Of a stretch of 64,000 bases of DNA, positions 50,868 through 64,000 are shown piece by piece (positions within the stretch are counted from its first letter, which is position 1; the number at the start of each line of letters is the position of its first letter). The translations under genes were made by a program, and so were the position numbers. The DNA comes from Eledone cirrhosa. Lineage: Eukaryota. The stretch covers positions 67,165-131,164 of the forward strand of contig CAXHJY010001087.1 of the NCBI GenBank assembly GCA_964016885.1. The letters are read 5' to 3'. The notes beneath the pieces were generated by a model. That model saw only the letters and a program-made list of their open reading frames with translations, was not told where the DNA came from and did not search any database.

Positions 50868-50990
50868 AATTAGCTCACACACTCTACTATCCCAAGTATT
50901 GAGTACTCTGTTAAATAATGGTCTGACTTGTTTAATACTGGTTTAATCCTGATATATATATATTTTATATATATATGTGTGTGTGTGTGT

Positions 50991-51695
50991 ATCATCAACG
51001 TTTTTATGTCCGCTTTTCCTCGTTTGCATGGGTGGGATGAGCCTTTTTCAGCACAGTGTCTCTCCACTCGCCACATTTCTTCATCATCTCATCAACGAGT
51101 CTCAGCAATTTGTGGTCAGTTCTCACCACCTCTGCCCAGGGCTTTCTTGGTCTACCACTACTGCAGCTTCCTTCCACTGGCATTTCCTGGCACTTCTTCA
51201 GCCATCGATCACAATCCAGTCTTCTCTCCTGCACACCACCTCGGATTCCTCTTAAACTTAACTTTTCCTTCAGTTTATCCTACCTCTGCCTTTCTCTCAC
51301 ATTTACATTGCACATCCAACAAAGCAAGCCTGCTTCATTTCTCTCCAGCCTGCGCATGTTTTCTGCAGTCACAGCCATGTTTCACTACCATGCAGCATCA
51401 CACTTTGCACACAGATGTCATACAGTCGTCCTTTTGTTTGTAAGGAGAAACTTTTTGTTGTCAACAGTGGGAGTAGTTCTCTTAACTTCTTCTATTCTAG
51501 CTATTTTGCTTTCAGAGCACCCTCCACTATTGCTGATTAAGTCACCTAGATAGCAGAAGCTATCAACCACTTCTATGGACCCTTTCTGTGACTTGAAGAT
51601 GTTTATATTACTGCTGCTCTTCCCTTTGATTACTCCTGTGCATCTTCTACATGCAAAGTCTTTCCTTCCTTTTGTCTTTGATATCTGTAGCACAG
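50991..51695 (-). mobile_element. Old RTE LINE 3' fragment
   Basis: FACRRCTGVI..VDSFCYLGDLIS..GGCSES and [14 protein letters not shown] fragments. Confidence 0.75.
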
Positions 51696-53647
51696 GTGGT
51701 GATATTTATTAATGTCCAGATAACTTTGTATAGAACATAGGGATCCTTCCAGTCATGGCTGACCTTGGGTTTATACCTAAAAAGTTCCTTTCTGAGGCAC
51801 TAGCCTAAGTAAGGTGTTTTTGTGGAAGAATAACAGTTGTCCATGCATACCAGACTCTCTTCTCCATGGCACAAATGTTGTTCAAAGGAAAAGTAAAGGT
51901 TTGACACAGCTTGACACCAGTGATATTGCAACATGAAATAAAGGACACAATGTGCAATCCAATCCAGGAATCTAACTCACTAACTCTAAATTATGAGCCC
52001 AACACCCTAACCACTAAGCCACGCACCTTCACATACATTGTATACCATGGCTAGAAAAGTATTCCAAGGTTTCAGGATTGGTCATTCTTTGAGAAAAAGT
52101 CGAATAGTTTCTTTTCCCTCAGAGAAGGTGGCATAAAATTCCTCTTCTCATGACATACAAACTTAACCGTTTTCATACCAAACAGTTTGAAACCAACCTG
52201 GTTCTATAGCACTAAACGGTTTGTTTTAAAGTGTTTTATCTAAATACATTCCAGCATAATTTTATGTAAGAAACCTTGTTAAATTATGTTCCAAACACTA
52301 GCTTAATAATGAGAAAATTATATTACTAAATCCATCTAAATTCTTCCTTATTTTTTAAATTAATTGAAAATCCTAGGCAGTGTCTTTCATTAGAAATATA
52401 TTTATCTAAAACCTTCATTAGAATTATAGTAATCATCATCATCATCACCATTTACCGTCAATTTACCATGCTAGCATGGGTAAGATGAGTTATCCCATTG
52501 TGAGACAAGTCAGATCAGGTGATCATGTCTTGCTCATACAGAACCGTTTCTAGCTTGGTTTCTATGGCTGGATGCTCTTCCTAATGCCAACCACATTTAC
52601 AGACACTGCTTTATTTTATATATATATTATACCTGTGAGAGAAGTCTAACTATTGTCAATGTGACTTAACAGTGCACCCATTTCTTATTGGGATGAACTG
52701 TACTCTCAAACTGTTTAACCTGACTTCAAAAGAACTTTGATTTGAAGTTAAAAAAGTTAATGTTGTATTTTTACAAACAACATAGTGCAAACTGGCCAAA
52801 GGGGGAGTCTCTATAAAGTTACTCAATCTGCTAGAAATAGCACCTAACTCTTCCTCAAATCACACCCTACTGTTTTAGAAGAGATGTAGTCTTAAATATC
52901 CTTAAAAAGATGTGTACCTGGGTATATAGTAACCTAGGCTAGCCATACAATGTATGCCTAGATATTTTGTGCCTGAGGCTAGCCCTACAATGTGTACCTG
53001 GGTATTAAGTGCCCAGATATTTAGTGCCCTAGGCTAGCCATACAATCTTTGCCTCCTTCTCCCAAATAAAATATTTTCAACATACAGATTGTTAAGCTGA
53101 GGAACCTAATTTTTTATATTTTTTGCTCTGGCCACACTAAAAAAATTAATTAAGCCTGCATGTTCTACTACACAGTCAGCTCTCTGCACTCTGCACTCTG
53201 CACTCTGCACTCTAAGTTCAAATCCTCCCAAGATTAATTTGCCTTTTCTTTTTTTCAAAGTTGATAAAAGAAGTACCAGTCCAGTACATAAGTCAATTTC
53301 TTCTATATCTCTTTTGCATTTCCTTCTCTGGAAGAAATCATCTGTGTTCAGACCTGAAGAGGGGATGGTTTAAAATACTCAAGTATGTCATAACAACACT
53401 CCTACAACTCCACCAGGAATTATGGGTGCACATATATACAACATAACTGAACTTGGATTTGTGGAGAAAGAATGTAGTTCCTTAATTCATAAGTGACGAA
53501 TGGCCATGATATTTGGAACCTTCAAAATTTGTAAAACATTCTTACAATTCAAAGGAAGACTGCTTACACAAGTGACAGCAACAATTTCCTTTTCTTTACA
53601 ACCTTGCCACTGGGAAGGTGGCCTGTCAAAAATAAACTCAAAATTAA

Positions 53648-53868
53648 CCCTTTAGCATTTAAACCGGCCATATCTGGCCAGAATTCTCTCTCCTCTTTCT
53701 GTTCAAACTGGTTGTAACCAGCCACTCAAACTGACGTTAAGGTATTGTTCTCAAAATAAATAATATCAAAATCTCATAGATTCGATATTATGTGAGATAA
53801 TTATGTGAGATAAAGCCTTTACTGCAAAAATATAATAGTAAATATAAAGTAATATAAATGCTAAAGGT
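53648..53868. mobile_element. piggyBac-like MITE
   Basis: TTAA|ccctttagcattta...taaatgctaaaggt|TTAA. Confidence 0.7.
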
Positions 53869-53905
53869 TTAAGAGAAAGAGAGAACACACACACACAAAT
53901 ACATA

Positions 53906-54106
53906 CGAGGGTCAGCTAAAAGTTCATAGGCTGACTATGAAATTGTCACGCTAGTGCAAAGAAGTCTTGCATGCATTAATTTCAACTATTCTTATTTATA
54001 ACTGCATTATTTTGTTCCAGGGACTATGATGAAAAATAAATCTTATTTGGTCATTTCATGAGGGTATCTTGGTCAGCCTATGAACTTTCTTTTCAGCCAA
54101 CCCTCG
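53906..54106. mobile_element. Tc1/mariner-type MITE
   Basis: TA|cgagggtcagctaaaagttcataggctgac...gtcagcctatgaacttt..ccctcg|TA. Confidence 0.75.
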
Positions 54107-54494
54107 TACATACATGGTATATCTTTTGCAAATCTCCAGGATAACAATAAACACAATTTGCCAGAAAGACAGATATTTTTATATATACTGATTCATCACA
54201 CAACAATTTTTGTTATTATTTGTATTCTTTTTTTTTAAATTTATTATTTAACTTGTTTCTGCAAGATTCCACACATTAAAATGAAAAAAAAAAATAAAAA
54301 CATCTTTAAAAAATTTTAAAAAAGGAAATATTTCATTTTTACTTTATATTAAATTTTTTTTCTCAAATTAAAATCTTTTTCCCCTTCCAATTTGGCAAAA
54401 TTAAATTATTGCTAATGACAATGGACATTTTAAAAAGATTCAGCCAGTTATGTTGACCAAAAGATAGAAAAGAATTCTTTCCCTTCATTCTTGT

Positions 54495-57400
54495 TGTTTT
54501 TGTTAGTATTATTGCTGTTGTTACTGTTGTTGTGGTTAGCATTGTTGTTACTGTAGTTGTTAGTATTATCACTACTATTGTTGTTGTTAGTATTATTGCT
54601 ACTATTGTTGTTGTTAGTATAGTTACTATTGTTGTTGTTAGTATAGTTACTATTGTTGTTGTTACTATTGTTGTTGTTAGTATAGTTACTATTGTTGTTG
54701 TTAGTATAGTTACTGTTGTTGTTGTTAGTATTGTTACTATTGTTGTTGTTAGTATAGTTACTATTGTTGTTGTTACTATTGTTGTTGTTACTATTGTTGT
54801 TGTTAGTATAGTTACTATTGTTGTTGTTAGTATAGTTACTATTGTTGTTGTTAGTATTGTTACTATTGTTGTTGTTAGTATAGTTACTATTGTTGTTGTT
54901 AGTATAGTTACTATTGTTGTTGTTAGTATAGTTACTATTGTTGTTGTTAGTATAGTTACTATTGTTGTTGTTAGTATAGTTACTATTGTTGTTGTTAGTA
55001 TAGTTACTATTGTTGTTGTTAGTATTATTGTTGTTGTTGTTAGTATTGTTACTATTGTTGTTGTTAGTATTGTTACTATTGTTGTTGTTAGTATAGTTAC
55101 TATTGTTGTTGTTAGTATAGTTACTATTGTTGTTGTTAGTATAGTTACTATTGTTGTTAGTATTGTTACTATTGTTGTTGTTAGTATTGTTACTATTGTT
55201 GTTAGTATTGTTACTATTGTTGTTGTTAGTATTATTGTTGTTGTTGTTAGTATTGTTACTATTGTTGTTGTTAGTATAGTTACTATTGTTGTTGTTAGTA
55301 TTGTTACTATTGTTGTTGTTAGTATTATTGTTGTTGTTGTTAGTATTGTTACTATTGTTGTTGTTAGTATTGTTACTATTGTTGTTGTTAGTATTGTTAC
55401 TATTGTTGTTGTTAGTATAGTTACTATTGTTGTTGTTAGTATTGTTACTATTGTTGTTGTTAGTATTATTGTTGTTGTTAGTATAGTTACTATTGTTGTT
55501 GTTAGTATAGTTACGATTGTTGTTGTTAGTATAGTTACTATTGTTGTTGTTAGTATTGTTGTTGTTAGTATAGTTACTATTGTTGTTGTTAGTATAGTTA
55601 CTATTGTTGTTGTTAGTATAGTTACTATTGTTGTTGTTAGTATAGTTACTATTGTTGTTGTTAGTATAGTTACTATTGTTGTTGTTAGTATTGTTGTTGT
55701 TAGTATAGTTACTATTGTTGTTGTTACTATTGTTGTTGTTAGTATAGTTACTATTGTTGTTGTTAGTATTGTTGTTGTTAGTATAGTTACTATTGTTGTT
55801 GTTACTATTGTTGTTGTTAGTATAGTTACTATTGTTGTTGTTAGTATTGTTACTATTGTTGTTGTTAGTATAGTTACTGTTGTTGTTGTTAGTATAGTTA
55901 CTATTGTTGTTGTTACTATTGTTGTTGTTAGTATAGTTACTGTTGTTGTTGTTAGTATAGTTACTATTGTTGTTGTTAGTATTGTTACTATTGTTGTTGT
56001 TAGTATTGTTACTATTGTTGTTGTTAGTATAGTTACTATTGTTGTTGTTAGTATAGTTACTATTGTTGTTGTTAGTATAGTTACTATTGTTGTTGTTAGT
56101 ATTGTTACTATTGTTGTTGTTAGTATTGTTACTATTGTTGTTGTTAGTATTGTTACTATTGTTGTTGTTAGTATAGTTACTATTGTTGTTGTTAGTATAG
56201 TTACTATTGTTGTTGTTAGTATTGTTACTATTGTTGTTGTTAGTATTGTTACTATTGTTGTTGTTAGTATTGTTACTATTGTTGTTGTTAGTATAGTTAC
56301 TATTGTTGTTGTTAGTATAGTTACTATTGTTGTTGTTAGTATTGTTACTATTGTTGTTGTTAGTATTGTTACTATTGTTGTTGTTAGTATAGTTACTATT
56401 GTTGTTGTTAGTATAGTTACTATTGTTGTTGTTAGTATAGTTACTATTGTTGTTGTTAGTATAGTTACTATTGTTGTTGTTAGTATTGTTACTATTGTTG
56501 TTGTTAGTATAGTTACTATTGTTGTTGTTAGTATAGTTACTATTGTTGTTGTTAGTATAGTTACTATTGTTGTTGTTAGTATTGTTACTATTGTTGTTGT
56601 TAGTATTATTGTTGTTGTTGTTAGTATTGTTACTATTGTTGTTGTTAGTATAGTTACTATTGTTGTTGTTAGTATAGTTACTATTGTTGTTGTTAGTATA
56701 GTTACTATTGTTGTTGTTAGTATAGTTACTATTGTTGTTGTTAGTATTGTTACTATTGTTGTTGTTAGTATTGTTACTATTGTTGTTGTTAGTATTGTTA
56801 CTATTGTTGTTGTTAGTATTATTGTTGTTGTTGTTAGTATTGTTACTATTGTTGTTGTTAGTATTGTTACCATTGTTGTTGTTAGTATTATTGTTGTTGT
56901 TGTTAGTATTGTTACTATTGTTGTTGTTAGTATTGTTACTATTGTTGTTGTTAGTATTGTTACTATTGTTGTTGTTAGTATAGTTACTATTGTTGTTGTT
57001 AGTATAGTTACTATTGTTGTTGTTAGTATTGTTACTATTGTTGTTGTTAGTATTATTGTTGTTGTTAGTATAGTTACTATTGTTGTTGTTAGTATTGTTA
57101 CTATTGTTGTTGTTAGTATTATTGTTGTTGTTAGTATAGTTACTATTGTTGTTGTTAGTATAGTTACGATTGTTGTTGTTAGTATAGTTACTATTGTTGT
57201 TGTTAGTATTGTTACTATTGTTGTTGTTAGTATTATTGTTGTTGTTGTTAGTATTGTTACTATTGTTGTTGTTAGTATAGTTACTATTGTTGTTGTTAGT
57301 ATAGTTACTATTGTTGTTGTTAGTATAGTTACTATTGTTGTTGTTAGTATAGTTACTATTGTTGTTGTTAGTATAGTTACTATTGTTGTTGTTAGTATTG

Positions 57401-60400
57401 TTGTTGTTAGTATAGTTACTATTGTTGTTGTTAGTATAGTTACTATTGTTGTTGTTAGTATAGTTACTATTGTTGTTGTTAGTATAGTTACTATTGTTGT
57501 TGTTAGTATAGTTACTATTGTTGTTGTTAGTATAGTTACTATTGTTGTTGTTAGTATTGTTGTTGTTAGTATAGTTACTATTGTTGTTGTTAGTATTGTT
57601 GTTGTTAGTATAGTTACTATTGTTGTTGTTAGTATAGTTACTATTGTTGTTGTTAGTATTGTTACTATTGTTGTTGTTAGTATAGTTACTATTGTTGTTG
57701 TTAGTATAGTTACTATTGTTGTTGTTAGTATTGTTACTATTGTTGTTGTTAGTATAGTTACTATTGTTGTTGTTAGTATAGTTACTATTGTTGTTGTTAG
57801 TATAGTTACTATTGTTGTTGTTAGTATTATTGTTGTTGTTGTTAGTATTGTTACTATTGTTGTTGTTAGTATAGTTACTATTGTTGTTGTTAGTATAGTT
57901 ACTATTGTTGTTGTTAGTATAGTTACTATTGTTGTTGTTAGTATAGTTACTATTGTTGTTGTTAGTATTGTTACTATTGTTGTTGTTAGTATAGTTACTA
58001 TTGTTGTTGTTAGTATAGTTACTATTGTTGTTGTTAGTATTGTTACTATTGTTGTTGTTAGTATAGTTACTATTGTTGTTGTTAGTATAGTTACTATTGT
58101 TGTTGTTAGTATAGTTACTATTGTTGTTGTTAGTATTGTTACTATTGTTGTTGTTACTATTGTTGTTGTTAGTATAGTTACTATTGTTGTTGTTACTATT
58201 GTTGTTGTTAGTATAGTTACTATTGTTGTTGTTAGTATAGTTACTATTGTTGTTGTTAGTATAGTTACTGTTGTTGTTGTTAGTATAGTTACTATTGTTG
58301 TTGTTAGTATAGTTACTATTGTTTTTGTTAGTATAGTTACTATTGTTGTTGTTAGTATAGTTACTATTGTTGTTGTTAGTATAGTTACTATTGTTGTTGT
58401 TAGTATAGTTACTATTGTTGTTGTTAGTATAGTTACTATTGTTGTTGTTAGTATAGTTACTATTGTTGTTGTTAGTATTGTTACTATTGTTGTTGTTAGT
58501 ATAGTTACTATTGTTGTTGTTAGTATTGTTACTATTGTTGTTGTTAGTATAGTTACTGTTGTTGTTGTTAGTATAGTTACTATTGTTGTTGTTACTATTG
58601 TTGTTGTTAGTATAGTTACTGTTGTTGTTGTTAGTATAGTTACTATTGTTGTTGTTAGTATAGTTACTATTGTTGTTGTTAGTATTGTTACTATTGTTGT
58701 TGTTAGTATTGTTACTATTGTTGTTGTTAGTATAGTTACTATTGTTGTTGTTAGTATAGTTACTATTGTTGTTGTTAGTATAGTTACTATTGTTGTTGTT
58801 AGTATTGTTACTATTGTTGTTGTTAGTATTGTTACTATTGTTGTTGTTAGTATTGTTACTATTGTTGTTGTTAGTATAGTTACTATTGTTGTTGTTAGTA
58901 TAGTTACTATTGTTGTTGTTAGTATAGTTACTATTGTTGTTGTTAGTATTGTTACTATTGTTGTTGTTAGTATTGTTACTATTGTTGTTGTTAGTATAGT
59001 TACTATTGTTGTTGTTAGTATAGTTACTATTGTTGTTGTTAGTATAGTTACTATTGTTGTTGTTAGTATTGTTACTATTGTTGTTGTTACTATTGTTGTT
59101 GTTAGTATAGTTACTATTGTTGTTGTTACTATTGTTGTTGTTAGTATAGTTACTATTGTTGTTGTTACTATTGTTGTTGTTAGTATAGTTACTATTGTTG
59201 TTGTTAGTATTGTTACTATTGTTGTTGTTAGTATTGTTACTATTGTTGTTGTTAGTATTGTTACTATTGTTGTTGTTAGTATAGTTACTATTGTTGTTGT
59301 TAGTATTGTTACTATTGTTGTTGTTAGTATAGTTACTATTGTTGTTGTTAGTATTGTTACTATTGTTGTTGTTAGTATAGTTACTATTGTTGTTGTTAGT
59401 ATTGTTACTATTGTTGTTGTTAGTATAGTTACTATTGTTGTTGTTAGTATTGTTACTATTGTTGTTGTTAGTATAGTTACTATTGTTGTTGTTAGTATTG
59501 TTACTATTGTTGTTGTTAGTATAGTTACTATTGTTGTTGTTAGTATTGTTACTATTGTTGTTGTTAGTATAGTTACTATTGTTGTTGTTAGTATAGTTAC
59601 TATTGTTGTTGTTAGTATAGTTACTATTGTTGTTGTTAGTATAGTTACTATTGTTGTTGTTAGTATAGTTACTATTGTTGTTGTTAGTATTGTTACTATT
59701 GTTGTTATTAGTATAGTTACTATTGTTGTTGTTACTATTGTTGTTGTTAGTATAGTTACTATTGTTGTTGTTACTATTGTTGTTGTTAGTATAGTTACTA
59801 TTGTTGTTGTTACTATTGTTGTTGTTAGTATAGTTACTATTGTTGTTGTTAGTATTGTTACTATTGTTATTGTTAGTATTGTTACTATTGTTGTTATTAG
59901 TATAGTTACTATTGTTGTTGTTAGTATAGTTACTATTGTTGTTGTTACTATTGTTGTTGTTAGTATAGTTACTATTGTTGTTGTTAGTATAGTTACTATT
60001 GTTGTTGTTAGTATTGTTACTATTGTTGTTGTTAGTATTATTGTTGTTGTTGTTAGTATAGTTACTATTGTTGTTGTTAGTATAGTTACTATTGTTGTTG
60101 TTAGTATAGTTACTATTGTTGTTGTTAGTATTGTTACTATTGTTGTTATTAGTATAGTTACTATTGTTGTTGTTACTATTGTTGTTGTTAGTATAGTTAC
60201 TATTGTTGTTGTTACTATTGTTGTTGTTAGTATAGTTACTATTGTTGTTGTTACTATTGTTGTTGTTAGTATAGTTACTATTGTTGTTGTTAGTATTGTT
60301 ACTATTGTTGTTGTTAGTATAGTTACTATTGTTGTTGTTACTATTGTTGTTGTTAGTATAGTTACTATTGTTGTTGTTAGTATTGTTACTATTGTTGTTG

Positions 60401-62495
60401 TTAGTATAGTTACTATTGTTGTTGTTAGTATTGTTACTATTGTTGTTGTTAGTATAGTTACTATTGTTGTTGTTAGTATAGTTACTATCGTTGTTGTTAG
60501 TATTGTTACTATTGTTGTTGTTACTATTGTTGTTGTTAGTATAGTTACTATTGTTGTTGTTACTATTGTTGTTGTTAGTATAGTTACTATTGTTGTTGTT
60601 ACTATTGTTGTTGTTAGTATAGTTACTATTGTTGTTGTTAGTATTGTTACTATTGTTGTCGTTAGTATAGTTACTATTGTTGTTGTTAGTATTGTTACTA
60701 TTGTTGTTGTTAGTATAGTTACTATTGTTGTTGTTAGTATAGTTACTATTGTTGTTGTTAGTATAGTTACTATTGTTGTTGTTAGTATAGTTACTATTGT
60801 TGTTGTTAGTATTGTTACTATTGTTGTCGTTAGTATAGTTACTATTGTTGTTGTTAGTATAGTTACTATCGTTGTTGTTAGTATTGTTACTATTGTTGTT
60901 GTTAGTATAGTTACTATTGTTGTTGTTAGTATAGTTACTATTGTTGTTGTTAGTATAGTTACTATTGTTGTTGTTAGTATAGTTACTATTGTTGTTGTTA
61001 GTATAGTTACTATTGTTGTTGTTAGTATAGTTACTATTGTTGTTGTTACTATTGTTGTTGTTAGTATAGTTACTATTGTTGTTGTTAGTATTGTTACTAT
61101 TGTTGTTGTTAGTATAGTTACTATTGTTGTTGTTACTATTGTTGTTGTTAGTATAGTTACTATTGTTGTTGTTAGTATTGTTACTATTGTTGTTGTTAGT
61201 ATAGTTACTATTGTTGTTGTTAGTATAGTTACTATTGTTGTTGTTAGTATAGTTACTATTGTTGTTGTTAGTATTGTTACTATTGTTGTTGTTAGTATAG
61301 TTACTATTGTTGTTGTTACTATTGTTGTTGTTAGTATAGTTACTATTGTTGTTGTTACTATTGTTGTTGTTAGTATAGTTACTTTTGTTGTTGTTACTAT
61401 TGTTGTTGTTAGTATAGTTACTATTGTTGTTGTTAGTATTGTTACTATTGTTGTTGTTAGTATAGTTACTATTGTTGTTGTTAGTATAGTTACTATTGTT
61501 GTTGTTAGTATTGTTACTATTGTTGTTGTTACTATTGTTGTTGTTAGTATAGTTACTATTGTTGTTGTTACTATTGTTGTTGTTAGTATAGTTACTATTG
61601 TTGTTGTTACTATTGTTGTTGTTAGTATAGTTACTATTGTTGTTGTTAGTATTGTTACTATTGTTGTTGTTAGTATAGTTACTATTGTTGTTGTTAGTAT
61701 AGTTACTATTGTTGTTGTTAGTATTGTTACTATTGTTGTTGTTACTATTGTTGTTGTTAGTATAGTTACTATTGTTGTTGTTACTATTGTTGTTGTTAGT
61801 ATAGTTACTATTGTTGTTGTTAGTATTATTGTTGTTGTTGTTAGTATAGTTACTATTGTTGTTGTTAGTATTATTGTTGTTGTTGTTAGTATAGTTACTA
61901 TTGTTGTTGTTAGTATCGTTACTATTGTTGTTATTAGTATAGTTACTATTGTTGTTAGTATAGTTACTATTGTTGTTGTTAGTATAGTTACTATTGTTGT
62001 TGTTAGTATTGTTACTATTGTTGTTGTTAGTATTGTTACTATTGTTGTTGTTAGTATAGTTACTATTGTTGTTGTTAGTATAGTTACTATTGTTGTTGTT
62101 AGTATTTTTACTATTGTTGTTGTTAGTATTGTTACTATTGTTGTTGTTAGTATTGTTACTATTGTTGTTGTTAGTATTGTTACTATTGTTGTTGTTAGTA
62201 TAGTTACTATTGTTGTTGTTAGTATTGTTGTTGTTAGTATAGTTACTATTGTTGTTGTTAGTATAGTTACTATTGTTGTTGTTACTATTGTTGTTGTTAG
62301 TATAGTTACTATTGTTGTTGTTAGTATTGTTACTATTGTTGTTGTTAGTATAGTTACTATTGTTGTTGTTAGTATTGTTACTATTGTTGTTGTTAGTATT
62401 GTTACTATTGTTGTTGTTAGTATAGTTACTATTGTTGTTGTTAGTATAGTTACTATTGTTGTTGTTAGTATTATTGTTGTTGTTACTGTTGCTGT
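54495..62495. repeat. ~8-kb tandem satellite, 24-bp unit agtatWgttactattgttgttgtt with 15/18/21-bp variants
   Basis: Directly visible array built on GTT triplets. Confidence 0.97.
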
Positions 62496-62752
62496 GGTTG
62501 TATTATGTAAGCTGTTTTGATCATTCTTCTTATTGCAGTCAATTGTTGTGGTCATTGCTTCTATATTATTGTTATTGCAATTGTTGTTGTTATGCTCACT
62601 GTTGTTGTCCAATTCTGAGGGGCCCATTCATTTTGTTTCATCTCTTGTTTAAGACCATGAGAAACTTTTGACTTCTTCTTTGACCACAGAATCCCCATTG
62701 GTCAACTGACATGGCTGAAGTCCATTAGGAGGCCAAAATGGGAGGGGAATAT

Positions 62753-62939
<187 letters not shown>

Positions 62940-63129
62940 GGAGAAGACAAAAGTAAGAGATGAAGGGAAAAGGAGTGAGAAATAAGAGTGGAAATGGAGA
63001 GAGATAGTGATAAAGAGAACGAAAGTGATAGAGAGAAAGAGAGGTGGAATCACTGAAAAGACAAAAAAAAAAAAAGAAAAAAAAACTATATCCAACCTCT
63101 AAACACACAGAAAGTCACATCATACTCAC

Positions 63130-64000
<871 letters not shown>

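Noticed and set aside
54532-62520. 2662-aa Val/Ile-rich protein on the + strand
   Set aside because: Non-ATG start, lies wholly within the satellite, and openness follows from the triplet-based unit.

Overview
AT-rich animal genomic DNA, very probably a coleoid cephalopod such as Octopus. This is inferred from the single-exon C2H2 zinc-finger genes, the huge (TA)n tracts and the SINE/RTE repertoire. The window holds two intact C2H2 zinc-finger ORFs (5.3-6.5 kb and 21.3-22.4 kb). Most of the rest is transposon debris: a decayed hAT element with TIRs and an 8-bp TSD, a Tigger/pogo relic, RTE-type LINE pieces with a partner tRNA-SINE, a non-autonomous Helitron, MITEs and an 8-kb 24-bp satellite. 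The main signal is about ten sequence-distinct minimal type-I hammerhead ribozyme (HHR) motifs (stem I-CUGANGA-stem II-GAAA-short, often palindromic stem III-NUH). They lie in Penelope-like retroelements (PLEs) and short non-coding derivatives, almost all inserted in (TA)n. Most of these insertions are head-to-head inverted duplications with both 3' ends facing outward, from 0.1 kb hairpins to a 4.7-kb RT+GIY-YIG palindrome. Two are non-coding direct-repeat units (539 nt and about 418 nt) that resemble retrozymes and could produce self-cleaving circular RNAs. All folds and alignments were made by eye; none of them was computed.
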